Position numbers and translations under genes: made by a program
Notes under the pieces: generated by a model
Told to the model about the DNA's origin: nothing
Databases searched by the model: none
What the model saw: only the letters and a program-made list of their open reading frames with translations
Part shown: positions 56,012-64,000 of the stretch, one piece after another
Position numbering within the stretch: position 1 is the stretch's first letter
Layout: every line of letters begins with the position of its first letter
Virus record (IMG/VR): IMGVR_UViG_3300026097_001200
Coordinates: 32,001-96,000 of that record
Length of the DNA stretch: 64,000 nt
Reading direction: 5' to 3' (one strand)
From: a virus

Positions 56012-57428
56012 GATTGTTTTTACTCCTATACTCGCACAGCTTCCACCAGTCGCTCATCTCTGGAAAAGTTTCCTGGAAGTTTGTATTTCTTCTTCGATCA
56101 TGCTCGCTGAAAAATCTATAAAAGTCAGCCTGTGCACAATGTAGAAATTCTGTGTCTAAATCTTGCCCGTTTCGCATCCAGGCAATGTCACGATCCAATC
56201 TCTGTATTTCGTAGTCCTTAAATCCTTTAAGTCGTGTGTCTGCTGTTTCGGCTTGTGCAATCATCCAGCTCCACAATCTTTCCAGTTGTACTACATAGCT
56301 TTCTGGCAGTATCTGCAGGCTCTGCCACTCAGGTTGTCTTAGCACAGGAGTATCAAACCAAACTCGCTGATAGGTCTCGCTGTACACTTTACGCAAGCCC
56401 AGTATACCAGCAAATAGATCACCTAGGCTAGGAACACTGAGATTGTTCATAGTTACAATAAAAGTAAGACTGCTACGCTCTGGCACTTCATTTAAAAATT
56501 GATTGCATCTATCCCACATGAGATCAAAGTCAAGACCGTTGCGCATGTATTCTGCTTGCTTGCCCCAGCCGTCGACACTGACAAACTGCATATAGTGTTC
56601 AACATGTCCTTCGTTGCACAAACGCTTGACATATTCTAAATATTTTTTCCACAAACGTTCATCAACGCTGAAATTACTAGTAACATTTAAATGCAATTTG
56701 GGATTAGGATTTTCCAACACATAATCAAATACACGATAGGTATTTTTATCCATCAACGGCTCGCCACCGGTCATACGAAAGTGTTCTAGTTCTGGATATA
56801 GTTCAGGCCACCATTTCCAAAATGCTTCTACATAAGGATTGTGTTCTCTTGCAGGTATCGGGCGGCGATCTCCTTGAAAGTGTTTTGGGTCGTTGTGCGG
56901 TGTACTAGTAGGCCATGCACCATGTTTTTCAGTTTCTTCCATCCACGAACTACTAAACTGCGGACTGCAATAGCTGCACCGCAGATTGCATGCACTGTTA
57001 AAGTTTACTTCTACATATGCAGGATTCACATCTTCGTCACCGGTGCTGGCAATAATATTATCAAAATCTTTGGCGGCCCACGGCTCACCTGATCTATAGT
57101 GTCTGTCGCTGAGTTTACCGTTATCCTCCATTGCCCAACAATAGCTGCATTCTTCTGGACGTTCTCCGGCAAGCATACGTTTACGCTGTTGTTTTTTCCA
57201 AGCAGTGTTGTGCAGTGCGCTGGGATTGTTTTCGAGTTCAAGTGCATCAATTCTATGCAAAGGAGGATGATAACAACTGTTGTTATAGCCATTGGTGAGG
57301 TGTAAACTAACCTGTTTCCACTTTGCTAGACACATGCCAGGGCCAACCTGATTCAGTGCGTCTCGCATGTCTTCTGCGTTGGTAATAAACCCACTGCGAA
57401 AGTCTTTGTTTACTTCGTCACCTTTCAT
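56004..57428 (-). CDS. radical SAM protein with N-terminal Twitch-like domain
   Basis: CLAKW...SCYH...CSYC; CNLRCSYC; GGEP. Confidence 0.9.
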   Translation of the reverse strand: MKGDEVNKDFRSGFITNAEDMRDALNQVGPGMCLAKWKQVSLHLTNGYNNSCYHPPLHRIDALELENNPSALHNTAWKKQQRKRMLAGERPEECSYCWAMEDNGKLSDRHYRSGEPWAAKDFDNIIASTGDEDVNPAYVEVNFNSACNLRCSYCSPQFSSSWMEETEKHGAWPTSTPHNDPKHFQGDRRPIPAREHNPYVEAFWKWWPELYPELEHFRMTGGEPLMDKNTYRVFDYVLENPNPKLHLNVTSNFSVDERLWKKYLEYVKRLCNEGHVEHYMQFVSVDGWGKQAEYMRNGLDFDLMWDRCNQFLNEVPERSSLTFIVTMNNLSVPSLGDLFAGILGLRKVYSETYQRVWFDTPVLRQPEWQSLQILPESYVVQLERLWSWMIAQAETADTRLKGFKDYEIQRLDRDIAWMRNGQDLDTEFLHCAQADFYRFFSEHDRRRNTNFQETFPEMSDWWKLCEYRSKNNHA

Positions 57429-58276
57429 AGATCTTTTTTATACTCTGCGTAGATTTGATCGCCGTTGTACTTTTCTGGACAGAATTTGCACTGCGGTATA
57501 CTATTGCCGATATTGGCAAAGAACTGTTCTTTGTTTTCTGCGTCTACTGTTAGCGGTTGATAACTTTGCATGAGTTTTCTGTCACTGTTACTTAATTGTA
57601 ATTGATACTGCGAGTCAAATTCTGGCAGCAGTGCTACCACGCCACACTTGTAGAGTTTTCCGTCTATCCAGTGGTGACAATTTTTCATGTGGCAATTGCT
57701 GTGAGCCAATTCTGGATCGCTGTTGTGTAACCGCTTTACACCAAGTTGATCTATTATAGATCCTTGATGAAACCACCAGTTGTATTCAATCCGGGTAGCA
57801 ATGCCATTGCAGTCTCGCAAAATTCTGTAAACATTGTACGGATCATCGTTGTTTACAGTATCGATCACTGGCCCTTCTAACCATTGATGAACTCTAGAAA
57901 CCACATCCGGTACATGATTTTCGTTGTGTATACCAACCCATACGCTAAATCTGTCTTTGTACTCTCTATTGAGATCGTAAAGATCTTGTCTGTGTTCAAT
58001 TCTATAGCCATTGGTAATCAATCGCAAGTATGTGTCGGGCCAAAGCTCAAGTATGCCGCGGCACCAATCAATTACATCTGGATTAAGCAAAGGTTCTCCA
58101 CCAAGCACTGCACAGTGTCTAATAGACACAGATTTACTCCACTCTCGGTACACAGGTTCTAAATCTGCCCAGCGTTGGCGTCCACGGAAGTTGTAGTTGT
58201 TGAATCTGTTGCAACCAGGGCAACTGAGATTGCACACATTGGTAATGTAAAATTCAGAATAATCTAATTGGTGCAT
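57425..58276 (-). CDS. radical SAM protein (short, C-terminal Cys domain)
   Basis: CNLSCPGC; GGEP; C...C...KC...CKFC. Confidence 0.88.
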   Translation of the reverse strand: MHQLDYSEFYITNVCNLSCPGCNRFNNYNFRGRQRWADLEPVYREWSKSVSIRHCAVLGGEPLLNPDVIDWCRGILELWPDTYLRLITNGYRIEHRQDLYDLNREYKDRFSVWVGIHNENHVPDVVSRVHQWLEGPVIDTVNNDDPYNVYRILRDCNGIATRIEYNWWFHQGSIIDQLGVKRLHNSDPELAHSNCHMKNCHHWIDGKLYKCGVVALLPEFDSQYQLQLSNSDRKLMQSYQPLTVDAENKEQFFANIGNSIPQCKFCPEKYNGDQIYAEYKKDL

Positions 58277-59244
58277 GGTATACTTGCTATAAAATCTTTG
58301 TTCATATCCAGCAAAAGCTGCCTATTGTGCTCTAGTGTGGGCAACATTTCGTTGTAGATTTTTTTGATTTCGTCGGCGGGTTTTTTGGCTAGACGATCAA
58401 TTACTTTTTTAATCTCGCCTGGCTGCCAGTCAGCTGGATCTTCGGCATAACCTTCGTCCCACCATTGATTAAAAGTTTTGAATCCTAATTTTTGTAATCT
58501 ATGTAAAAAATGCTGGGACCCTTGTACTATAAACGGAGTTTGCATTATGATAGGTCTCCAGATTTTTTCTGTTGGGAAAAATGTATTTCCTACATAGGAA
58601 GTTTCGCACACAATTTCTACAAAAAAATTTCTGTATTGCGAATACATGTTACAGTGTTGATTCATTAAAATTGGATACTCTACTGTTTCCTGTAATCTGA
58701 TTGGACAATGCCGTAAAAAGTTTGATATAGACGCAAGATCACCGGTTCCTTGTATTTCTACTAGAGTGTCAAGTCCAAGGTTGTTCTTATGATAATCGTC
58801 TGAGTAATCATAATGAAAAGTTTGATTTGTTTGCTGTCTATACTTGTTGAACAAGTAACTGCTTAGATCCAGTCTATGACAATTACTACGTCCTACAAAA
58901 ATACCAAATGTTTTTGTAATATCTTTGTTGATTGGTTTGTTTTCTAGTTTTTTAACAGTGTTAAAAACAAAATGATTAGGAAAAACAGTTTCGAAATTGA
59001 TTTGATCAACAGACTGCTGATAGGTATTGCAACTTGTAACAGTGATATTATCGAGATTATAATTGTGTTCTTTGCAGATACGTATCAATGAATCGAATAT
59101 ATCTAGATTTTCAAAAGCAGGTCCTTCAGACAGAAGATCAATACACACAGGTTGATTGTTGCAAACAGCCGATGTAAATTGCGAAACAACTTCTATTTTG
59201 TTCCACACATAGCTGTCGCTGGTAATCAATCGTATTGTTACCAC
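58264..59244 (-). CDS. glycosyltransferase-like protein (GT10/exostosin-like)
   Basis: IVCET...PTEKIWRPI...PFI.QG...L..LGFKTF..WWDEGY. Confidence 0.55.
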   Translation of the reverse strand: MVTIRLITSDSYVWNKIEVVSQFTSAVCNNQPVCIDLLSEGPAFENLDIFDSLIRICKEHNYNLDNITVTSCNTYQQSVDQINFETVFPNHFVFNTVKKLENKPINKDITKTFGIFVGRSNCHRLDLSSYLFNKYRQQTNQTFHYDYSDDYHKNNLGLDTLVEIQGTGDLASISNFLRHCPIRLQETVEYPILMNQHCNMYSQYRNFFVEIVCETSYVGNTFFPTEKIWRPIIMQTPFIVQGSQHFLHRLQKLGFKTFNQWWDEGYAEDPADWQPGEIKKVIDRLAKKPADEIKKIYNEMLPTLEHNRQLLLDMNKDFIASIPCTN

Positions 59245-60161
59245 CCTTCGATCTGCCTAATTACATCAATTTCACGGACCATTATACCGCGATTGACCCA
59301 ATCGCTGCGATAGTGCTGTTTAAAAAATGCACTGGCAGTGTCAGAAAAGTCAGCCAGTGGCAACTCCAGTTGTGTTGCTAGATCTTCACTTACACTGCCG
59401 ATTACTTCTCTTGGATGCCGATCTTCAACTGTGGTCCACAATTCAGCTAGTTTGTCAAAGTCTTGCACATCTTTATAGTTCCAGTTGGTTAACATGGTCA
59501 TGTAAGTGCCTTGCCTGGCACCTGCAATTGCCCATTCACCGTTTTCCACATCGTAGCCAACGTTGTGCCAGATAGTCAAATGATCAAGATTTCTTTTGTG
59601 AACGCTATCTTTGAATTCATCAACACTGGGCTTTGTGCCTTTGTTGAGGCACATTTTTACACCTTCTCTGAATCCTGCCCGCCATGCATGAAAAGCACTG
59701 CCATTGGGATAAGTTACACTGTAACAGTCATGCATTGCCCAGTACAATGGATCAAAGCAAAACTCAACATCAGTGTCATCGGAGCCTGTGCTGTTTTCGT
59801 GTGTGTTCATATTAAACACAAAGTCTTTGGTCCATGAACTAACACCGCCGTTGCCGTACATCAATCCATTGACAACATTTCTAGCTCGCCAACGATAAAC
59901 AGCACGTTGATATTCTTCTGTGGGCATGTCCAGCGTTTGATTGAAAAAATCAGCTTCTGGAATATTGTCACCATCAATGAGAATAAAGCGATCAGTATCT
60001 GATTCTTCAGCGGCAGCTTTGTGGGCAGCATCGCTGCCTTTAACACCGTCTACTCGTTTGGCCCAAGGAATCATGTTTTTGATCTGAACCCAGAACTCTT
60101 CTTTCAGTGGCTCGTCGTAGGTAAGAAAAATACAGTCTAAATCTGCTACATCTACTTTCAT
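59238..60161 (-). CDS. GT-A fold glycosyltransferase-like protein
   Basis: IFLTYDEP, RVDGVKG...AH, LIDGD (DxD), NGLMYGNGG, AWRAGFREGVK. Confidence 0.65.
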   Translation of the reverse strand: MKVDVADLDCIFLTYDEPLKEEFWVQIKNMIPWAKRVDGVKGSDAAHKAAAEESDTDRFILIDGDNIPEADFFNQTLDMPTEEYQRAVYRWRARNVVNGLMYGNGGVSSWTKDFVFNMNTHENSTGSDDTDVEFCFDPLYWAMHDCYSVTYPNGSAFHAWRAGFREGVKMCLNKGTKPSVDEFKDSVHKRNLDHLTIWHNVGYDVENGEWAIAGARQGTYMTMLTNWNYKDVQDFDKLAELWTTVEDRHPREVIGSVSEDLATQLELPLADFSDTASAFFKQHYRSDWVNRGIMVREIDVIRQIEGW

Positions 60162-60162
60162 A

Positions 60163-60813
60163 TTAATGTCCTAAAATAAATCTCACACTGCCGTTGCAAT
60201 TAAAGTATCCCCGTCCGTGCCAGTCATGTCCTCTTAGTTTAGGACAATCAAACATTTTTAACTTGTACCCACTCTGCGCCACTGTGTTGTAAAACTTGGT
60301 TAGTACTATATCCAAGTTATCACTGGGCAAGTTTTGCATTTGATCGAAATTAAAAGTAAACAAAAAGTCACGTTTAACAACACGCATTGCGTTGTGTATC
60401 TGCTTAGGCAAACTTTGCCAGTCGCAGTAGTGTAGACTGCCCAGTGCCATGCCAGCGTCCCAGAAGTTTTCATTGATGTCTGCATAATCTGTATCAAAGT
60501 ATGCTATGTCATCCACTGTGCCGCCCGGCCATTCTTCAGTGTCCACTCCTATAATGCCAGGAAACCAGTTTGCGAATATGTTTTCACCACAGCCTATGTC
60601 AACCACACTGTCTGGTTCACAGGTATACAGTCGATCAATATACCAGAAGATATCTCTAAAGCCAATTTTCAATCCGCTTTCATATCTATATCTAGGAGTG
60701 CTTTTTGGAATCTCTACGTCCAGTGACACATAGTCATAGTGTTGATGTAGTCTAGCATCTAGATCAGGAAAAACTGCAAAAGTCTTTTCAGGTGAATAAT
60801 TATTTACAAGCAC
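60163..60813 (-). CDS. class I SAM-dependent methyltransferase-like protein
   Basis: VDIGCG, GSLHY; paralog of 26134-26841. Confidence 0.7.
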   Translation of the reverse strand: MLVNNYSPEKTFAVFPDLDARLHQHYDYVSLDVEIPKSTPRYRYESGLKIGFRDIFWYIDRLYTCEPDSVVDIGCGENIFANWFPGIIGVDTEEWPGGTVDDIAYFDTDYADINENFWDAGMALGSLHYCDWQSLPKQIHNAMRVVKRDFLFTFNFDQMQNLPSDNLDIVLTKFYNTVAQSGYKLKMFDCPKLRGHDWHGRGYFNCNGSVRFILGH

Positions 60814-61136
60814 TGCTTTAACTCCCAGTGATAATCTGTATCTGCAATTACCATTACATTGTTTGGTAATGTACTTGTGCCCGATGTACCTGGTACAAGT
60901 TTTGTTGGCACAGTATCATTTATCTCGACTATTTGATTGTTTTTTATAATCACATTGTAGTTGCCTTGAGCATACTGTGCCTTGCTGATGTTAATATATT
61001 TAAAATTCAAGTCTTCCATGCTATAGCATATAGGTTCACCGGTGCTTTCATTATAATACAATCTATATTCAACTTCAACTGAATTGAGTTGAATTTTTGC
61101 AAACTCTTGTAAAAAATCATTCATAATACGGCTCAA
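60804..61136 (-). CDS. hypothetical protein
   Basis: EYRLYY...G...YSM; coupled on both sides. Confidence 0.65.
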   Translation of the reverse strand: MSRIMNDFLQEFAKIQLNSVEVEYRLYYNESTGEPICYSMEDLNFKYINISKAQYAQGNYNVIIKNNQIVEINDTVPTKLVPGTSGTSTLPNNVMVIADTDYHWELKQCL

Positions 61137-61926
61137 ACTGCTTGGCTAATTCTTTACAGTGATAGTGCCACAATGCACACTGTGTATATCCATTGACTCT
61201 TACTTGCCCGCTGTCGATTTCCCAGGTTAGGCTTTTATGCCACTCAGTGGGTGTGCGAACAATGTCACTTTTCATGTGAACTATCCTGGGTGATAGATTG
61301 TGCGGTAAGGTACATTTTTCGATACCACAGATCAGTGTTGCTAGACTGTATGCAAGATCAGTGTTAGGCAATTCACCACGTGCATATTTAACAGCAGTCA
61401 TTGCATCTGACCAATTATCAAAAAGCTTTTTCACTGTTACAAAAAATTTCTTTGCCATCTCGCTTTGTCGCCAATAGGTAAATGCGTTGTAAGTGTCAGG
61501 AAGATTGTTTTTATGTATTACATTTCTATAACGACGGCACTCTACTGATTCGCCTTTAAAGTCCAGTGCACCTGTGCTTACTACTATATCTCGATGACGC
61601 AGCATATCCCAATAATGGTCAATTGGTTGTGCAATCAACATGTCAGCTTCTAACTTGATGGTTTCATGAAAAGGACTTGCAATATAACATTGCCAATCAT
61701 TAGCATAGGGATTATCATCTGTGCGCAGATCACCATAGGGCAATGTTTTAACTATGTCAAAATCGTTGTCTGCTGGTAGCTGTTTATCTGTTAGTAAACA
61801 AACAACGGCATTCTTGTGCCAGTGCTTTAAACTACGACTTAACACACGAGCACATGTTGTATAATCCGAGTCCTGCGAATCTATAGCAACAATGAGATAT
61901 CCTCGATCATGTGCGTATGCTGTCAC
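61117..61926 (-). CDS. GT-A (GT8/mannosyltransferase-like) glycosyltransferase
   Basis: A..L..S, SPFHETIKLEAD (ExD), TD, VHMK, WHYH. Confidence 0.65.
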   Translation of the reverse strand: MTAYAHDRGYLIVAIDSQDSDYTTCARVLSRSLKHWHKNAVVCLLTDKQLPADNDFDIVKTLPYGDLRTDDNPYANDWQCYIASPFHETIKLEADMLIAQPIDHYWDMLRHRDIVVSTGALDFKGESVECRRYRNVIHKNNLPDTYNAFTYWRQSEMAKKFFVTVKKLFDNWSDAMTAVKYARGELPNTDLAYSLATLICGIEKCTLPHNLSPRIVHMKSDIVRTPTEWHKSLTWEIDSGQVRVNGYTQCALWHYHCKELAKQFEPYYE

Positions 61927-62695
61927 ACTGTGCCCCTAAACTGATTTTGTCAGATATGTGAATATCATTGTAGACTATAATTCTTTTTTTCTTGTCGTTG
62001 AGAGTGTAGGTAACTTCTGTGCTATAGTCTAGCAATTTAAAGTCACAGTGATGCGACACTGTGGTCATGCTCCAAGGTATATTAGTAAACTCTGGTATAC
62101 GACCGCCGTTGACCATTAATAATGCCAGTGTTAGTGCATAGTCGTTTCTAAAAGGAGATTTATTAAATCTAAACAAATCACTGTAATGGCCATAGTTTTG
62201 TTCTATCATCTGCCAGGCGCTGAACACTGACTCTGCAAATCTATTTCTTGTAAATTGACACACTGTAGCCCATACATGAGGTGTATTGGTTTTGCCGAAT
62301 GTTTCTTCTTGCATGGTCAAAGGCAGATACTGATTGTTGTGAAAGCACAAAAACTCATTTTCTGAATCTAGCACTGATTTCAACTCATTACCATTGAGAA
62401 AATAATCACAGTCTAGTAACAGTGTATTTTCATAGGGCGATAATGTGTATGCACTGCTACGAGAACGATTATACCACTGATCTCGATGTTCACTAGCATG
62501 CCAGTATCGATCTCCGCCAGAAGACTTTTCAGAATGTATTACAGTATCAAACACTGAGTTGTCGACATCAACATCACTGACCAATGTCACAGGAATATCT
62601 AGATATTTTTTTACACGTCTAGCACATTCACTGGCTATGCTAACATAATCAATGCTGTGATTGTTGAATGCAAAAATTAGTGCGCCGGTACTCAT
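61907..62695 (-). CDS. GT-A (GT8/mannosyltransferase-like) glycosyltransferase
   Basis: SPYENTLLLDCD (DxD), WAT, FRNDYA, DIH..DK; paralog of 61117-61926. Confidence 0.65.
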   Translation of the reverse strand: MSTGALIFAFNNHSIDYVSIASECARRVKKYLDIPVTLVSDVDVDNSVFDTVIHSEKSSGGDRYWHASEHRDQWYNRSRSSAYTLSPYENTLLLDCDYFLNGNELKSVLDSENEFLCFHNNQYLPLTMQEETFGKTNTPHVWATVCQFTRNRFAESVFSAWQMIEQNYGHYSDLFRFNKSPFRNDYALTLALLMVNGGRIPEFTNIPWSMTTVSHHCDFKLLDYSTEVTYTLNDKKKRIIVYNDIHISDKISLGAQCDSIRT

Positions 62696-62997
62696 CTTTC
62701 CTGCTGAATTTTTTCATACTCGGCAAGCCACACATTCATTTGTTCTTGCCATCGCTGTTGTGCGGCCAATTCAAGTTCTGTTACATCAATCCTAACAGGA
62801 TTAGCATGAACATCTAATATCACTGCTGATTCATCAGGACATGCTTGCAGCACATTGAGTAATTCTGGACCTGCACACCACATGCCGCCATTGTATGCAA
62901 AATGCAACTTAGCAAGCATGCGTTCTTTGAGTACTTGTTTAGCTGTTTCGTGGTCGAAACGAGATCGAATTTGATTAGAAATATCTGTAGAATTCAT
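62692..62997 (-). CDS. hypothetical phage protein
   Basis: YNGGMW, ILD..ANP; first gene of the minus-strand block. Confidence 0.7.
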   Translation of the reverse strand: MNSTDISNQIRSRFDHETAKQVLKERMLAKLHFAYNGGMWCAGPELLNVLQACPDESAVILDVHANPVRIDVTELELAAQQRWQEQMNVWLAEYEKIQQER

Positions 62998-63023
62998 GTA
63001 AGTAATTATACATGAATTCTACA
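62986..63023. repeat. perfect 15-bp inverted repeat covering a start codon and promoter
   Basis: TGTAGAATTCATGTA-8 nt-TACATGAATTCTACA. Confidence 0.9.
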
Positions 63024-63033
63024 CGTTATGCAA
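63005..63033 (-). promoter_or_regulatory. promoter for the minus-strand enzyme block
   Basis: TTGCAT-17 bp-TATAAT ending 7 nt before the ATG; overlaps a TAATTAC late-type motif. Confidence 0.65.
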
Positions 63034-63041
63034 GTTTTAAA

Positions 63042-64000
63042 TTAGCTAGTTGACCAGCTCGCGCTTTGCATTGATGGAGTGCCCCAAGATGCTGTCAAAT
63101 AAGTTGTGCTTGGAGGACGAATTACATGTGTACCTGTTAGCGTACCATTTACAGTATCATCAAAATCATCGGCTCTATCGTCGTCTAATGTGGTTGTTAT
63201 TGTGATTGTTGTTGGAGTTGTGTCATTGTTTACTCGTGCTTGTATCTGGATATAGTTCGTAGTATAGGGCGATGTATCGGCAAACTGCTTGAACAATACG
63301 GTATTAGAAGTTGTTAAATCATAAGCACCTGTACTGGTTGCAAGTGTATCGGCAGTTCCGCTGCCACCTATTTTCGTTGTTCCAGTATAGTCAGTGCCAG
63401 CAATATTTTTTGTTGATCCTAGACCTGTGAGAGCAATTGTTCCAGTTTTAGTTAACAAGTCGGTCCACTCGGCATTTTTACTGTGTCCTGATCCGCCAGC
63501 TCTGCTGTATGCTAATCGTATCATGCCGCCGGCATTGAAGAAATAACGAAACTGGTCAGGAGTGCCGAAGTCAAATGTCTGCTCCAATATTGCAGTGTTC
63601 GTCCAACTATTGGTTGTAGATATTGTACCATTTGATGTAATATCACTGCCACTAGCAGCAGCGTTTGCACTGCTGTTGAACAGTGTGGTTAAATCTGCTT
63701 CAAATGTTGAGATTGCTTCAATGGTGTCGCCAGTGGTTGGATTAGAGATACTGGTCACAGTTGTACCAGTGTGATTTGCAATACCTGTGAATGTTCCAAA
63801 CAAACTGGCCCACTGTGTTGCAGTAATGGTTGTACCTGCACTGACTGCACTGACATTACCTGTTTGTCCATATCCTTTTGCGCCACTGCCTGTTGCCCAG
63901 ATAGTGTTTACATTAGGTACACTTATGTTACCAGTGCCGTCTGCACTTCCTGTAACAAATGTGTTATACTCGTCGTCTAGAATTAAATTGCCAGCACTAT
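63042..64000 (-). CDS. Thr/Ser/Gly-rich virion structural (fibre/baseplate-type) protein, 5'-truncated
   Basis: Frame open to the window edge (SAGNLILDDEYN...GYGQT...ITATQW); RYFFNAGG motif. Confidence 0.7.
   Translation of the reverse strand, partial: SAGNLILDDEYNTFVTGSADGTGNISVPNVNTIWATGSGAKGYGQTGNVSAVSAGTTITATQWASLFGTFTGIANHTGTTVTSISNPTTGDTIEAISTFEADLTTLFNSSANAAASGSDITSNGTISTTNSWTNTAILEQTFDFGTPDQFRYFFNAGGMIRLAYSRAGGSGHSKNAEWTDLLTKTGTIALTGLGSTKNIAGTDYTGTTKIGGSGTADTLATSTGAYDLTTSNTVLFKQFADTSPYTTNYIQIQARVNNDTTPTTITITTTLDDDRADDFDDTVNGTLTGTHVIRPPSTTYLTASWGTPSMQSASWSTS

Noticed and set aside
45990-58276. RiPP pathway for the SPASM/Twitch enzymes
   Set aside because: No PqqD/RRE domain, leader-core precursor, peptidase or exporter seen; cannot be excluded outside the window
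1-64000. Alternative genetic code (stop-codon reassignment)
   Set aside because: Known genes are full length under code 11, all three stops are used, and no suppressor tRNA is present
1-64000. Bacterial chromosome or integrated prophage
   Set aside because: metK, clpP, thyX, fpr and fdxA are interleaved with phage hallmark genes and lack their usual cellular neighbours; no integrase or att site seen

Overview
Gene-dense 64 kb fragment of a large lytic tailed phage (T4-like or jumbo-phage style), standard genetic code. Phage evidence: T4-type RNase H/5'-3' exonuclease, gp4-like head-completion nuclease, a tail fibre with a C-terminal autocleaving chaperone, a second virion-type protein at the right end, ThyX, a tRNA trio (Trp, Asn, Cys), runs of tiny ORFs behind canonical sigma70 promoters, and TAA(A/G/T)TA late-type motifs. 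The dominant feature is a very large tailoring-enzyme repertoire, concentrated in a nearly gap-free, mostly minus-strand block at 36.3-63.0 kb and scattered over 0-36 kb. It comprises 11 radical SAM enzymes (8 with the auxiliary Cys domain N-terminal), about 7 glycosyltransferase-like proteins, 6 SGNH-like proteins, a carbamoyltransferase, an amidinotransferase, a cytidylyltransferase, sulfotransferase(s), 2 methyltransferases, 3 2OG-Fe(II) oxygenases and an adenylating enzyme. The window also encodes a SAM supply (MetK) and an electron supply (ferredoxin plus FNR). Best reading (inference): a self-provisioned phage pathway that builds and heavily decorates a glycan, plausibly on the virion. 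All product calls come from motif recognition by eye; no database searches were run.
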